Shown here one piece after another: positions 48,851 to 60,740 of a stretch of 64,000 nucleotides of DNA (the first letter of the stretch is position 1; every line of letters starts with the position of its first letter). A program made the translations under genes and the position numbers. Source of the stretch: Pedobacter sp. (GTDB taxonomy: Bacteria > Desulfobacterota > Desulfuromonadia > Desulfuromonadales > Syntrophotaleaceae); contig JBFWJC010000001.1 in assembly GCA_050253415.1 (NCBI GenBank), forward strand, positions 1,384,679-1,448,678, read 5' to 3'. A model generated the notes under the pieces. The model made no database searches and was not told the DNA's origin. It saw only the letters and a program-made list of their open reading frames with translations.

Positions 48851-50032
48851 TTATTTGGCGGTCTGAATGCTGACCTTGCCGGCGGATAGTTCGGCCAACT
48901 CGCGGGCGGTATCGACATCGGGCGCAACGATCAGGGCAACTCCCATGCGACGTCCCGGGCGCGTGTCGGGTTTGCCGAACAGGCGCACTTTGCTGCCCGG
49001 TACGCGCAGGGCGTCTTCGACTCCCTGGAAGCATACATCATCGCTGACGGCATCGGCCAGAATAACATGGGAGGCACCGGGTGACAGCAGTTCGATGGCG
49101 GGAACCGGCAGTCCCAGAATGGCGCGAACATGCAGTTCGAATTCCGACATGTTCTGGGTCACCATCGTGACCATGCCGGTATCGTGGGGGCGCGGAGAAA
49201 CTTCGCTGAAGAAAACCTTGTCGCCCTGAATGAAAAACTCGACGCCAAAAATCCCCGCTCCGCCCAAAGCGTCGGTAATCACTTTGGCTTGGCGTTGAGC
49301 TTCGTTAAGGGCTTTGTCCGTCATGGGCATCGGTTGCCAGGATTCCTGGTAATCGCCGCCTTCCTGGCGATGACCGATGGGCGGGCAGTAATTGGTGCCG
49401 TCGACGTGGCGTACGGTCAACAGGGTGATCTCGTAATCAAACGCAATGAAGGCTTCTATGATGACTCTTTCACCGGCGCCGCGGGCGCCCTGGCGCGCAT
49501 AGTTCCAGGCTTTTTCGATATCGGCCGGGGTTTTGACGGTGCTTTGACCTTTTCCGGAAGAACTCATGATCGGTTTTACCACGCAAGGCAGACCTATTTC
49601 CTCTACGCCCTGGCAGAACTCTTCATAGTTGGATGCAAATCGGTAGTTTGCAGTCGGAAGCTGCAGGTCTTCGGCAGCCAGACGGCGAATGCCCTCGCGG
49701 TTCATGGTCAGGTTGGCGGCCCGGGCGGTGGGAATGATGCGAAATCCCTGTTGTTCCAACTCGAGCAGGAAAACGGTATCGATAGCTTCGATCTCCGGAA
49801 CGATAAGATCGGGGGATTCTTGTTTGATAATCCGCTCCAAAGCATCGCGATCAAGCATGTTGGCAACATGGCTGCGGTGGGCAACCTGCATGGCCGGAGC
49901 ATCGGCATAGCGATCCACGGCAATGGTTTCGATGCCAAAGCGCTGGGCTTCTATGATAACTTCCTTGCCCAGTTCGCCGCAGCCGAGCATCAGCAATTTG
50001 GTGGCGGATTTTTTCAATGGGGTCCCGATCAT
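48851..50032 (-). CDS. purT: Formate-dependent phosphoribosylglycinamide formyltransferase
   Basis: [41 protein letters not shown]. Confidence 0.97.
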   Translation of the reverse strand: MIGTPLKKSATKLLMLGCGELGKEVIIEAQRFGIETIAVDRYADAPAMQVAHRSHVANMLDRDALERIIKQESPDLIVPEIEAIDTVFLLELEQQGFRIIPTARAANLTMNREGIRRLAAEDLQLPTANYRFASNYEEFCQGVEEIGLPCVVKPIMSSSGKGQSTVKTPADIEKAWNYARQGARGAGERVIIEAFIAFDYEITLLTVRHVDGTNYCPPIGHRQEGGDYQESWQPMPMTDKALNEAQRQAKVITDALGGAGIFGVEFFIQGDKVFFSEVSPRPHDTGMVTMVTQNMSEFELHVRAILGLPVPAIELLSPGASHVILADAVSDDVCFQGVEDALRVPGSKVRLFGKPDTRPGRRMGVALIVAPDVDTARELAELSAGKVSIQTAK

Positions 50033-50129
50033 TTTTTCCTCCCGTGGGTAAGGGCTTGGTTCCTCAGATATAATGGGCTTGCAATATGCCCAATGAGTGA
50101 AATCTTGTCAAGTGCCAGGGGTAAACAAT

Positions 50130-50636
50130 CTAACGGCGTGTAAGTCGCTGGATAAGGTTTTTGTGCTCCGGGTAGCGGGCTATGAGGGGCTGGCTGTGCG
50201 CCAGTTCGAAATCGGCGAAATCGAACCCGGGGGCTACGCTGCAACCGGCCAGGGCATAACTGTCAGGCAGGGCTACCGTGGCGCCAAACCAGCATCCGGC
50301 CTCAACCACAACCTGAAACGATTGATCGTTTTTGGGATCGTTTCCCAAGCGTGGTTTACGGTAGCTGCCCAGCGGGTCGATAATGTGGATATCCAGAGGC
50401 GATCCGCCGTAAAAATGCCAGATTTCATCGGATGCAAGGCGGTGCAGGGCCGAAAAATCCTCACTTTGCAACAGGTAGTAAATGGCCGTGGCAAACTGGC
50501 GGGAGCCCTGAAACCGATTGGGCAGGGAGGTCGCAGGAATACTCTCTGCGGCGCGATAGGTTTCTCGAAAATACCCCCCTTCGGGGTGGCGTATGAGTTC
50601 CAGGTTGTTAATCCAGAAATGGGCGGAATGCTGCAT
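50130..50636 (-). CDS. Cupin domain protein (DUF985/Cupin_5-like)
   Basis: HPEGGYFRET, TAIYYLL, HRL.SDE.WHFY.G, VAPGFDF.DF. Confidence 0.88.
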   Translation of the reverse strand: MQHSAHFWINNLELIRHPEGGYFRETYRAAESIPATSLPNRFQGSRQFATAIYYLLQSEDFSALHRLASDEIWHFYGGSPLDIHIIDPLGSYRKPRLGNDPKNDQSFQVVVEAGCWFGATVALPDSYALAGCSVAPGFDFADFELAHSQPLIARYPEHKNLIQRLTRR

Positions 50637-50660
50637 GTCGTAGGGTGCTCCATACGGTAG

Positions 50661-51869
50661 TCAAGGGAGGGACGATGCATGCTTCCCGCCGCGGTATTCC
50701 ATGGCAACCAGGGTTACATCGTCCTTGAAGGGCATTTTCTGGCCAAAGCTCTGCAGGTATTCAATGGTCTTGTCGCAGGAGCTCGTCAGGCTGCGTTTCT
50801 TTTGCAGCTGCAGCTTATTGTAAAGGCGCTGAAGGCCGAACATGTCACCCTGTTGGTCGCAGTGCTCGATAATCCCGTCGGAATAGAGATATATCCTGTC
50901 GCCATACTGGAGGGTAACTTCCCCTTCCTCAAAGGGGACGCTGCCGCCTGCGCCAATAATGGAACCACCTGAGGTTAACAATTCATAGCTGCCGTTTCGA
51001 CGGATCCGCACCGGTGGCGGATGTCCGGCCGAACTGAATTGCAGTCGTCCGCTCGGCGTATGTAACAACATATAGGTAATGGTGAAGAATTTGCCGAAGC
51101 GCTCGAGGGGATATTCCCGATCCAGTTGACGCAATACCTCGGCCGGGGAAAGGCATTGAGGGCGCTCGCCATTTGCGGTCGGCGTTTTCAAGAGTCGTCC
51201 GCCGGTAGGGGAAAGACTCTGGAATACCGATACGGTTACCATGGCGGCTGAGACGCCGTGTCCGCTAACGTCGAGCAGGTAGATCATGATGGTGTCGTCT
51301 GTCAGGCGACTTATATTGAACAGGTCTCCACCAATTTTGTCGCAGGGCAGGAAATTCCAGGCGAATTCGAGATCTTGCACATTCGGCAGATTTTCCGGTA
51401 ACAGCGCGCGCTGGATCAGCGCTGCGGAATGTCGGTACTCCTCCAGTTCGATCTGTTTGTTCAGCAGCATTCGCTGGACAAGGTTGGCTTCGTACTGGAG
51501 CCGATGAATGGTTAACTGGGTGGCTATTTTGTACTGTACCTCGCGGTCATCGATGGGGTGCATCAGGGTATCCGCCACCCAGGGCGTGAGGGCTTTGACG
51601 GGTACGGGGTTGCGCCCGTTGGACGAAAACAGAAGGCAGGGCAAAGGATTGTCCCGGCAGCGCAAGACCATGGGGGTCCATTGTTCAGGGCGTTGTTCAT
51701 GGGCCATCTCGGTATCGAACAGCAGCAGGTCCGGGCGTTCGCCAAGCATGCGTGCCGTTTCGGGCAAATCTCCTGCTTTGAGAATAAAATAGCCTTTGTC
51801 ACGCAACATGCGATAGAGACGGTCACTTGTCGGATTGGTTTTCCTGGCGAGCAAAATTTTTTCCGGCAT
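50661..51869 (-). CDS. RsbU/SpoIIE-type PP2C phosphatase with receiver-like N-terminus
   Basis: IQ..LLP, GGD.F, DVSGHGV, AGHPP, YSDG..E, DDVT. Confidence 0.9.
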   Translation of the reverse strand: MPEKILLARKTNPTSDRLYRMLRDKGYFILKAGDLPETARMLGERPDLLLFDTEMAHEQRPEQWTPMVLRCRDNPLPCLLFSSNGRNPVPVKALTPWVADTLMHPIDDREVQYKIATQLTIHRLQYEANLVQRMLLNKQIELEEYRHSAALIQRALLPENLPNVQDLEFAWNFLPCDKIGGDLFNISRLTDDTIMIYLLDVSGHGVSAAMVTVSVFQSLSPTGGRLLKTPTANGERPQCLSPAEVLRQLDREYPLERFGKFFTITYMLLHTPSGRLQFSSAGHPPPVRIRRNGSYELLTSGGSIIGAGGSVPFEEGEVTLQYGDRIYLYSDGIIEHCDQQGDMFGLQRLYNKLQLQKKRSLTSSCDKTIEYLQSFGQKMPFKDDVTLVAMEYRGGKHASSLP

Positions 51870-51928
51870 GAGGCACTATCCCTGATTGATGTAGCAGGTA
51901 ACCATTATCGCAGCACACTTCCGCATCT

Positions 51929-54127
51929 TTACCCAATTAAAGTATAGTTCATAAATCCCTTTTCGGCATGGTTCGTTGAGCAGTCTTGCCCCGCTTCAAA
52001 CGAAAGCGCTTCGATCTTTTGTGCTTTCAGGCACTGCGTAAAATCGTTGATGTTGACGGGTCTGCCAAAAAGATACCCCTGACCGTAATGGCATTCCAGA
52101 TCCAGAAGCAATGTTTTTTGCTCCGGAGTTTCAATTCCTTCGCAAATGGTGGTGAGACCGAGACTGTCGCCCAGGGCGATAATGGCCCTCGTAATGGCCA
52201 TGTCGCTGGGGGAATTGGCCAGGTCACGGATGAATGACCGGTCAATTTTAAGGGTGTCGATGGGGAAATGCTTCAAGTAACTTAAAGACGAATAGCCGGT
52301 TCCAAAATCATCAATGGCGATGTGGAAACCCATTTGTTTGAGCCGGGACATGTTGCTGACGGTTTTGTCATTGTTTTGCATGATGGTGCTTTCGGTCAGT
52401 TCAATCTCCAGGTTACTGGCTGATATGCCGTAATGGTGGACGATGTCGCCAATCAGGTCGGCGATATTGTCCTGGGAGAAAAGCTGCCCCGATACATTGA
52501 CCGACAGACGCAGGGTTGCAAAGCCGCTTGCCTGCCACTTGGCGATCTGAAGGCAGGCTTGACGCAATACCCACAGGTCGACATCGATCATGAGACCGGA
52601 TTCCTCGGCAAGGGGCAGGAAGTCGCCAGGCATTTTGATTCCCTGACGGGGATGCTGCCAGCGAATCAAAACTTCCGCCCCGGAAAGCTGGCCACTGCGC
52701 ATGTCGACCTGGGGTTGAAAATACAATACGAGCTCGTCATTTTTAAGTGCTTTGCGCAAGTCGTTTTCCAGGATCAGGCGGTCCTGTATGGGGGTTCCCA
52801 TGGACGGCTGATAAATGCGATAGGTGGCACGTCCTTCGGCCTTGGCGTGGCGCAGGGCGGTGTTGGCGTTACGGAGGACACTCTCCTGCTCGTCGTCTCC
52901 CTGCGGAAAAAGACTGATGCCGATGCTGGTGGTAATCAGGACCTCGCAATTGCCAAGCAAAAACGGTTGTGAAATATCCTGGATGAGATGCCCTGCAATC
53001 TGGCTTACCTGTTCCGCTCCATAGGTGTCGGGGAGAAGTATGGCAAATTCGTTGCCGCCAAAACGGGCCACGCAGTAATCTGCAACCGAAGAGCTGGGAT
53101 ACAGGACCTTGCATCCCTGCAGGCTTCTGCGAATACGATTGGCGATACTCATCAAAACCTTGTCGCCAATGACATGCCCGAGAGTTTCATTGATGCGTTT
53201 GAAACGATCCAGATCAAGCAACAGTACGGCCAGTTGGCCATGGGCATGCTTTGCCTGCAGCATGGCGGAACTCAGGCTGTCCATGAAAAAGCTGCGCTTG
53301 GCCAGGCCGGTCAGGGCGTCAAAATGGGCCAGGCGGAATATTTTCTGTTCGGCATGATGGATGGCCGTGACGTCCTGTATGATGCCGGTCATGCTGCATG
53401 GTACCCGGTCGCAGGTGGTCTGAATTTCGATCTGGCTGTTGATGTAACGCTCTTCGCCATCCACTGTGACGCGATAATTCTGCCGGTATGGCTGACGGGT
53501 GCGAATAGCTTGGTGGAAGGTGTCTTGTACCCGTTGCCGATCCTCCGGATGGATGTTTTGCAACAAGCCTTCGGGGCTATCCAGGGGGGCGTCTTCGGCA
53601 ATGCCCAGCAATGTGTGGACTTCCCCGCTGCAGGCAAAGTGTTCCGAGTCGAAGTTGAAGTGCCAGTGCCCCATGCGGGCGATGCGCTGTGCCAGGGATA
53701 GCCGTGCCTGGCTGATTTTGAGGTCTTCATAAAGGCATGCCGAACGCAGCATGTACATGACCCGGTAACGGAGCAGCAGCCAGTTGATCGGCTTGCTGAT
53801 AAAGTCGGTGGCGCCTGCATCAAAGGCTTTTTTTACCGATTCGACATCGTCGAGTCCGGTAAGCATGATAATGGGAGTTTCCTTGCCCTCGGGCAGACTG
53901 CGCAATCGACGGCAGGTGGTAAAGCCATCCATGCGTGGCATGACCACATCCAGCAGGACCAGGTCCGGGCGCGTTTTACGAAACTGGGATAGGCCTACGG
54001 CCCCATCCTCTGCTTCGATAACGGCAAACCCGGCATATTCGAGCGTGGCCCGGGTGAGCAGGCGCATGGCGGGATCGTCGTCCACGATTTGGATAAGATG
54101 CGGGCGTTTCTGATCCACAGGGATCAT
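51929..54127 (-). CDS. REC-PAS-GGDEF-EAL protein, probable c-di-GMP phosphodiesterase
   Basis: REC (VDDD, LLDV.MP, KP); GGDEF reads GGNEF; EAL motifs [22 protein letters not shown]. Confidence 0.9.
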   Translation of the reverse strand: MIPVDQKRPHLIQIVDDDPAMRLLTRATLEYAGFAVIEAEDGAVGLSQFRKTRPDLVLLDVVMPRMDGFTTCRRLRSLPEGKETPIIMLTGLDDVESVKKAFDAGATDFISKPINWLLLRYRVMYMLRSACLYEDLKISQARLSLAQRIARMGHWHFNFDSEHFACSGEVHTLLGIAEDAPLDSPEGLLQNIHPEDRQRVQDTFHQAIRTRQPYRQNYRVTVDGEERYINSQIEIQTTCDRVPCSMTGIIQDVTAIHHAEQKIFRLAHFDALTGLAKRSFFMDSLSSAMLQAKHAHGQLAVLLLDLDRFKRINETLGHVIGDKVLMSIANRIRRSLQGCKVLYPSSSVADYCVARFGGNEFAILLPDTYGAEQVSQIAGHLIQDISQPFLLGNCEVLITTSIGISLFPQGDDEQESVLRNANTALRHAKAEGRATYRIYQPSMGTPIQDRLILENDLRKALKNDELVLYFQPQVDMRSGQLSGAEVLIRWQHPRQGIKMPGDFLPLAEESGLMIDVDLWVLRQACLQIAKWQASGFATLRLSVNVSGQLFSQDNIADLIGDIVHHYGISASNLEIELTESTIMQNNDKTVSNMSRLKQMGFHIAIDDFGTGYSSLSYLKHFPIDTLKIDRSFIRDLANSPSDMAITRAIIALGDSLGLTTICEGIETPEQKTLLLDLECHYGQGYLFGRPVNINDFTQCLKAQKIEALSFEAGQDCSTNHAEKGFMNYTLIG

Positions 54128-57100
54128 TGCTGCGCTCCTTCCTGGATTAATGCAAACTCAACGCGGTTGTACTCGTTTTGAATCGAAGCCATCAACGGGT
54201 CAAGCTTCTCTGCCGAAACGGCCTTGGCCTCTTCCATTTTGCGGCAAAGATCAGACAAACACAGGGCTCCAAGATTTGCGCTACTTGATTTCAGTCTGTG
54301 AGCCAGGTCAAATACTTTGCCCATTTGCTCATTTTGCAAGGCATGTTCCATATCCCTGAGCACGCCGGGAGTCTCATCCAGATACATAGCGATGACCTTA
54401 CCCAGCAATCCCTGCTTTTGTTGGGGGTCTTCCAGGGCTCTGATCGAATCCAGCACGTCACGATTTATAGGATTGTCGGACGTGCGGTGTTCCTTTTTGC
54501 GGTCGGGTTCAGACGGGCCCAGCGTTGGTCTGTTCCAGCACTCCGAATCTTTCCTATGACCCAGAACCGTCATCCATCGGCTCAGCATGGTGCTGACCTG
54601 GCGCAAGGTGAAAGGTTTGCCCAGATAGTCGTCCATGCCGGCTTCCAGGCATTTTTCCCGATCTCCCGGCTGTGTGTGCGCGGTCATGGCGATAATGGGC
54701 AGGCTGGTTTTATGTTGCTGTTTTTCCATTTGGCGCAGCACTTGAGTGGCCTGGTAGCCATCCATGTTGGGCATCTGGCAATCCATGAAAAGCAGGTCAA
54801 AAGATTGCTCCTTGACGGCCGCGACAGCCTCCAGTCCGTCGGAAACAGCGTCGACCACGCAACCGAGTTTTTCCAGCATGCCACGTGCAACCTGCTGATT
54901 GATGACATTGTCTTCAGCCAGCAGCACGCGGGCCCGCGGTGTCTTCGATGTTTCTAGCGGAGGGGAGGCTGTTGCCGTGGCGCCGTCCATTGTCATCGAT
55001 GCAGGGGCCATAGCAGGGGGTATTTCGGTCAATTGCAACAGCAGTTCGGACGGACGAATCGGTTTGCATAGGTAACCCAAAGTTGGAGCCCCTTCGATCG
55101 TGCCCTGCAAGCCCAACTGCCCGGCACGGTTAAGCATCAGAAGGCGTTGCGGCGGATCCGGGCAGGTTGCTGTAATCTGTCGTACCAGCTCTTCAACCTG
55201 CATGTCAGGCAGGGTTGCGGCAACCAGTACAAAGTGGAAAGACTGGGTCTGCAGCATGGTCAGACCCTTGCCGCCGCTCGCCGCGGTTTTAGCGAGCATG
55301 CCCCACGTTTGCAGTTGCCGTTTAGCGCTACGGCGGACCAAGGGGTGAGGGTCGATGACCAGGGCGCACATATCCGCGAAGCCGGGGAGTCCCGAGCCCG
55401 ATTCCTTGCGACAGGCGGGGTCTTTGGTCAGGGTGACTTCAAACCAGAAATTCGAGCCGCGACCGGGGGTGCTGCAAACCTCGATGTGTCCTCCCATGTG
55501 ATCGATCAGATCGTGGCAGATCGATAGTCCGAGGCCTGTGCCACCATATCTGCGCGTGGTGGAACCGTCCACCTGACTAAAAGGATGGAAAAGTTGCGGT
55601 ATGTGTTGGGGCTCGATGCCAATCCCCGTATCCCTTACGTGCATACGAAAGGTGACCGTTTTATCGGTGCTGCTCAGGACCCTTAGTTTAAGTAAAACGG
55701 AACCCTGGTTGGTAAACTTGATGGCATTGCTGAGCAGATTAACCAGAATCTGGCGTAGGCGGCCAGGGTCACCGTGCAAGATCGGCGGCATCTGCGAGGA
55801 TATATCCAAAACCAGTTCAATTCCCTTGGCCTTGGCTTTGGCAGCGAACAGTCCGGTCGCCTCTTCGGCTAAGTGGCAGATATCGAAAGGGATGTTTTCG
55901 AGTTGCAGCTTTCCGGCCTCCAGCTTGGAGAGATCGAGAATGTCGTTGATGATATGCAGCAGCGCGCGACCGGACTGGGCGACGGTTTCGGCGAGTTTTC
56001 GCTGATTGTCCGCCAGGGGACTGTCGAGCAGTAGCTCCGTCATGCCCATGACACCGTTCATGGGGGTGCGAATTTCGTGACTCATGTTGACCAGAAATTG
56101 CGATTTGGCGCGATTGGCCTCTTCGGCACGCTGTTGCGCCTGTTGCAACTGTCTTATTGTCGACTGCAACTGCTCAGTCATCGTCTGCAGTGCGCGATTT
56201 AAGATGCCGACTTCGTCGTCGCTGGGGGGCGGCCACGGGATGGTGTCCGTGCCGGTAGGTATGTGCTGGGCAATGTCAACGATCTGCAACAACGGACGGC
56301 TCAATCGGCGGCTGAACAGCAGGGCGTAAACCGAAATCAGTAAAAGCATGGATGTGCTTGCCGCAGTTCCAAACAGCAGGATGCGTTTGTTGTTGGCCAG
56401 ATCTTGCCGCTGGTCAAAGCCGCTGAGCAAAAAACAGTCTTTTTGGTCATAAAAGGGTAAGGGCATTTTTGAGGCGGCTATTTCCGGATTGTCCAAAGGT
56501 ATGGGGCCGTCACCTGTGTCGGCGCCGATTGTCGCGGCAAGGGGGCACAAAAAATCCGCATCGCGGCTTCGTGATTGTACTTTGCCAAAACTAGATAGAA
56601 GCGTGTTGCCGAAAGCCGGACCGAGTTGCAGAGTTTTGCTGGCAAACAGCACGCCGATGACCTTGGTCCCGGACAGAATTGGCGCATAGGACATAAGTGC
56701 CAATTCAGGCAGGTGCCCTTGGGTTTCCATCGGGGCAAAAAAAGCCAGGGGTTCGCGCGTCATGGCCAGGTTCAGGTGCTCAGATAGGGTTGATGAACCA
56801 TGCTGCGGGGCTGGGCCGATTTCGGCAATAGGAATCCCTTCCGGGGAAAAAACGGCCAGTGCAGTCAGGTTGTTTTGCTCGCGCAACAGGTCCAGATAGG
56901 CTTTCAGCTGGAAGGAAATATCCAGTTTTAGAGGAACGATGAGTTGGTTGTCCGAAGCGACGCGCAAGGTCTGCTCGCGAAAACTCTCCAATTGGGTGAT
57001 GAGCAATCCTCTGTTGATACGTTCCAGTTGCTGCAGTTTGATCTGAGAGTTTTCCACAATATGGTTGTGGGCCACTCTGCCGAAAACAAAGAATCCCAAA

Positions 57101-57180
57101 AGGGTGATAAGGATCGGCAACGGCAAAATGACCAATAGCAGTTTGGCGGTCAAGGATTTATGGAAGGGTATCGGTTGCAT
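54124..57180 (-). CDS. Hybrid sensor histidine kinase (TM-HAMP-HisKA-HATPase-REC-REC-Hpt)
   Basis: [48 protein letters not shown]. Confidence 0.93.
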   Translation of the reverse strand: MQPIPFHKSLTAKLLLVILPLPILITLLGFFVFGRVAHNHIVENSQIKLQQLERINRGLLITQLESFREQTLRVASDNQLIVPLKLDISFQLKAYLDLLREQNNLTALAVFSPEGIPIAEIGPAPQHGSSTLSEHLNLAMTREPLAFFAPMETQGHLPELALMSYAPILSGTKVIGVLFASKTLQLGPAFGNTLLSSFGKVQSRSRDADFLCPLAATIGADTGDGPIPLDNPEIAASKMPLPFYDQKDCFLLSGFDQRQDLANNKRILLFGTAASTSMLLLISVYALLFSRRLSRPLLQIVDIAQHIPTGTDTIPWPPPSDDEVGILNRALQTMTEQLQSTIRQLQQAQQRAEEANRAKSQFLVNMSHEIRTPMNGVMGMTELLLDSPLADNQRKLAETVAQSGRALLHIINDILDLSKLEAGKLQLENIPFDICHLAEEATGLFAAKAKAKGIELVLDISSQMPPILHGDPGRLRQILVNLLSNAIKFTNQGSVLLKLRVLSSTDKTVTFRMHVRDTGIGIEPQHIPQLFHPFSQVDGSTTRRYGGTGLGLSICHDLIDHMGGHIEVCSTPGRGSNFWFEVTLTKDPACRKESGSGLPGFADMCALVIDPHPLVRRSAKRQLQTWGMLAKTAASGGKGLTMLQTQSFHFVLVAATLPDMQVEELVRQITATCPDPPQRLLMLNRAGQLGLQGTIEGAPTLGYLCKPIRPSELLLQLTEIPPAMAPASMTMDGATATASPPLETSKTPRARVLLAEDNVINQQVARGMLEKLGCVVDAVSDGLEAVAAVKEQSFDLLFMDCQMPNMDGYQATQVLRQMEKQQHKTSLPIIAMTAHTQPGDREKCLEAGMDDYLGKPFTLRQVSTMLSRWMTVLGHRKDSECWNRPTLGPSEPDRKKEHRTSDNPINRDVLDSIRALEDPQQKQGLLGKVIAMYLDETPGVLRDMEHALQNEQMGKVFDLAHRLKSSSANLGALCLSDLCRKMEEAKAVSAEKLDPLMASIQNEYNRVEFALIQEGAQQ

Positions 57181-57185
57181 GGTGG

Positions 57186-57851
57186 TTATTTCCCTTGGGG
57201 CGTTGAATGAGTCGGGGACTCCAATTCTCCAAGATAAGCGATATGCCTGGCGGAGGACATTTTGGCGGCGAGCATGCCGCAGAGAAAGGCAGGTTGATAG
57301 ACCTTGCTGCAGGAAGTAATGACATTGGGTGACCGGTACTGGCTATTGCATAGAAAAAACACCCGGTCGGGATAGGTGTGCGCAAGTTGTTTAACGGCGG
57401 GTGCAAAGCTGGCGTCTGTCGCAACCAGAGTTTTGACACCCTGGCCGATAAGGTTTTTCATGATCCTTCCCGCATCCTCCGGGGGGACGCTGGGAACGGA
57501 GATAGTCTGCACTTTCGAGAATTCCTGGGCAAGCTGCAGCCGGGCTATTTCGTGGGCATAGTTCCATCCTGCGTCCCCTACCGGGCCATTGAATGGAAAT
57601 CCGACTTTAAGCAAAAAAGCCTCTGCCTGACACTTGAAGGCTTGCAATCCCAGCAGCAGGATTACCATTACCAGCAGGAGCTGACCGCCCGACAAGAAAG
57701 CAATACGGCGTAGCTGCCCTGCCGGAAATGTCCGATGTAAAAAGGTTCCTTGGTCATTGCATGTCATCATTTCATGTCTTTCGTCAAAAGCGTGACAAGG
57801 TCGATCACTATTTCTGGTCTTGGCCCTGAAAGCAGATGCAGGTTCGGACAA
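57186..57851 (-). pseudogene. Truncated BMP-family periplasmic binding protein
   Basis: KVGF...GPVGDAGWNYAH, PD..F, Y...FLCG.LAA.MS....IAY; stops at about half the usual length; start uncertain. Confidence 0.65.
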
Positions 57852-58069
57852 TAAATATACGGCGTCCTTGATATTTCCATCGTATCTAATGAATTTTACG
57901 GTTATGCTTTTGCTGCAAGAACAAGGCCGTGTTTTGACCTTGGAGGGTTTGCCTGGCGCAGGTTTATGGCGGTTCGAGCACCCGGGGAAAACCCGTAAAA
58001 CGGTTGCCCGTCAAAGGGGGCTATGCTACCCTGTGATACCTGTAAAAATGTAAAGTTAGGTGAAGGATT

Positions 58070-58828
58070 ATGGGAAAAAACTCAGTTTCAAAAGAGCGGT
58101 TGGACAAACTTCTGGTGACCCGCGGGTTGGTTCAGTCGCGGGAGCGCGCGCGGGCGTTGATTTTGGCCGGGCAGGTGGTGGTGGACCACCATACTGTTGA
58201 CAAGGCTGGTGCCCAGGTGTCTACAGATGTGTCCCTGCGCCTCAAAGGTGAGGACATCCCCTATGTGTCGCGCGGCGGCCTCAAGCTTGAAAAAGCCCTG
58301 GAAACCTTTGCGGTCGACGTGACGGGACAGGTAGCGCTGGATGTCGGGGCGTCGACCGGTGGTTTTACCGACTGTTTGCTGCAACGCGGTGCCGTACGGG
58401 TTTACGCCGTAGATGTCGGCTATGGACAACTGGCCTGGAAGCTGCGTCAGGACGAGCGCGTGGTGAATCTCGAGCGTACCAATATCCGGCATTTGCAAGC
58501 TGAAACCCTGCAGGAAAAGCCTGGTCTGGCGGTCATTGATGCATCCTTTATTTCTCTGGACAAGGTGTTGCCTGCAACCCTGGCGCTGTTGGATGAACAG
58601 GCCGAGGTGGTGGCATTGATCAAGCCTCAGTTCGAGGTCGGGCGAGGCGCGGTTGGCAAGGGCGGGGTGGTCAGGGATGCCAGCCAGCACGAAGAGGTGG
58701 TTGAGCGCATCCGACGTCTGTCCGAAGAGCTCGGTTGTCAGGTGCTGGGGGTGACTGAAAGTCCCATTCTTGGGCCCAAGGGTAATCGGGAATTTCTTAT
58801 CCATCTCCAAAAGGGGGGGGGTGCATGA
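58070..58828 (+). CDS. tlyA: TlyA-family rRNA methyltransferase (S4 + FtsJ)
   Basis: RLD..LV, YVSRGGLKL, DVGASTGGFTD, SFISL, LIKPQFE, GN.EFL. Confidence 0.95.
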   Translation: MGKNSVSKERLDKLLVTRGLVQSRERARALILAGQVVVDHHTVDKAGAQVSTDVSLRLKGEDIPYVSRGGLKLEKALETFAVDVTGQVALDVGASTGGFTDCLLQRGAVRVYAVDVGYGQLAWKLRQDERVVNLERTNIRHLQAETLQEKPGLAVIDASFISLDKVLPATLALLDEQAEVVALIKPQFEVGRGAVGKGGVVRDASQHEEVVERIRRLSEELGCQVLGVTESPILGPKGNREFLIHLQKGGGA

Positions 58829-59577
58829 ACCGCGTCTATTTTGTCGGCGCGGGGCCTGGCGATCCGGATCTGATAACCTTGCGCGGTGCTGCTTTGCTGG
58901 GCAAATGTCATGCGGTATTTACGTTTGCTCCGCTGGATAAAACTTTTGCCGGGTTGATCGACGGTCGCCCAGTATATGATCCTTACGATTTTGATTTTGA
59001 TGATTTGCTGAGCCGCCTTGATGAGTTGCTTGAGGCTGGCGATGTGGTTTTTTTGCAGCCGGGTGACATGACTTTTTTTTCGCCCTTTCAGGCGCTGATT
59101 GAAAGGCTGGGCGATAAGGTCGAAGTGGTGCCCGGGGTCGGTTCGGCCAATGCGGCGTCCGCACTTTTAAAGCGGACACTGAATCTTTCCGGGTTCTGTA
59201 CCCGAACGATCCTGGTTTCCTCGCGCGTATTGGCAGAAGTCCCCGGATCTCCCTCTCTTGAAGAGCTGGCCAAGCCCGGTGTCACGCTGTTGATTTACAT
59301 GAATCACTATCCTTTGGCGGAGCTGGTCTCCCGCTTACGCTCCGGTTACGGTCGTAACGAGCCGATCGCTCTGGCTCACCGCATCGGCTTACCCGGCCAG
59401 AAACTGTTTCTGGGGTCTCTCGACGATATCCTGGGCCAGACCAGAGATTGTGAACTGTTCGATAAAAAAGGCCGCGCCGATCTTACCCTGATCATTGTCG
59501 GGGAAGCCCTTACGGCAACGCCCGATCAGGGCTGGTGGGATCAACGGCGCCTGAACGTGCGTCGCCAACGCAGTTGA
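58825..59577 (+). CDS. Tetrapyrrole methylase, CobM/CbiF-like
   Basis: VYFVGAGPGDPDLITLRG, GD, VVPGV; ATGA overlap with tlyA. Confidence 0.8.
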   Translation: MNRVYFVGAGPGDPDLITLRGAALLGKCHAVFTFAPLDKTFAGLIDGRPVYDPYDFDFDDLLSRLDELLEAGDVVFLQPGDMTFFSPFQALIERLGDKVEVVPGVGSANAASALLKRTLNLSGFCTRTILVSSRVLAEVPGSPSLEELAKPGVTLLIYMNHYPLAELVSRLRSGYGRNEPIALAHRIGLPGQKLFLGSLDDILGQTRDCELFDKKGRADLTLIIVGEALTATPDQGWWDQRRLNVRRQRS

Positions 59578-59630
59578 TCCGGATATTTCAACCTCTTTTT
59601 ATACTTCTTCCGTTTCGGTGCTCTTTGTTT

Positions 59631-60740
59631 ATGATCCGTATTTTACATACCGCTGATCTCCATCTGGGATCCGTTTTTCCGGAACTTCCCGGTCAGGCCG
59701 CAAACAGGCGCGCCGACCAGCTTGCAACCTTTGAGCGTATTATCGCGTTGGCCTTGAGCAATCGGGTTCATTTGTTGTTGGTGGCCGGCGATCTGTTTGC
59801 ATCACCCTGGCCGACCAGGGAGGTTGTCGCGTGCGTCCAGGCCGGCTTTAAGCGTCTGCTTGCGAGCGGTATCCTCCCGGTTATTCTGCCCGGACGTAGC
59901 GATACGCTTCGCTCTGCGGATGGCATTTACGGGCGTGACGTATTCGAAGATGTCCTGGTACTCGACCCGCAACGGTTGGAGTGTGTGACGCTGGATATCG
60001 GGGGACAGTCGCTGCAACTGTATGCAGGCTTGGCAGAGGGCGACCGGATTGTCTGGCCCGCTTCGGATATGGGTGAAACCGCGGGGATTCATGTCGGTTT
60101 GCTCCACCTGCCGACCACCGCCGCTTTGGATGATAATGTCGACAGCTGGATCGAGGACACTCCATGGAGGAACTTGGAGGGGGGGTACCTTGCTCTGGGC
60201 GGAGGCCACAATTATCGCGAGTGGCACGTAGACGGTCGGGTCGTCGGGTGTTGCCCCGGCACGCCCGAGGGTTTAAACTTTGTCGAACGTGGGGGACGCT
60301 ACTGTGTTGTGTGCTGCCTGGGCTCGGGGCCAACCAGAATCGAGAAGCATTCGGTTAACAAGCGTATTTGGGAAGAAAAAAGTCTGGATGTAAGTGGCTG
60401 TCGATCGATGAAGCACGTTTTGGAACTGGTTCGCTCACTTGGCCACCCCGATGTGTTGATGCATGTAACGTTGACCGGTCAGTCGAACCTGCTGCTGAAT
60501 GCACGGGCCCTTCGACAACAGGCAGAGGATGCTTTTTACTATCTGGAAATTGACGACCAGACGCCGCTTCTCGACAGCTCCCTGTTGAAGGATCTGGCCG
60601 ATGCTGACAATTTACGCGGTCTGCTGGTTCGCAAAGCCCAAGCCAGAGCCGCTGGTCTGTCGGCAACAGAGCGGTCTATACTGGAGGCGGCTATGCGGGA
60701 TATTCTTGAACGGTGCCAACCTTATGGTGGAGATCAATGA
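59631..60740 (+). CDS. SbcD/Mre11 (YhaO)-like metallophosphoesterase
   Basis: ILHTADLHLG, AGDLF, PGTPEG..F.E.G; motifs III and V degenerate. Confidence 0.8.
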   Translation: MIRILHTADLHLGSVFPELPGQAANRRADQLATFERIIALALSNRVHLLLVAGDLFASPWPTREVVACVQAGFKRLLASGILPVILPGRSDTLRSADGIYGRDVFEDVLVLDPQRLECVTLDIGGQSLQLYAGLAEGDRIVWPASDMGETAGIHVGLLHLPTTAALDDNVDSWIEDTPWRNLEGGYLALGGGHNYREWHVDGRVVGCCPGTPEGLNFVERGGRYCVVCCLGSGPTRIEKHSVNKRIWEEKSLDVSGCRSMKHVLELVRSLGHPDVLMHVTLTGQSNLLLNARALRQQAEDAFYYLEIDDQTPLLDSSLLKDLADADNLRGLLVRKAQARAAGLSATERSILEAAMRDILERCQPYGGDQ

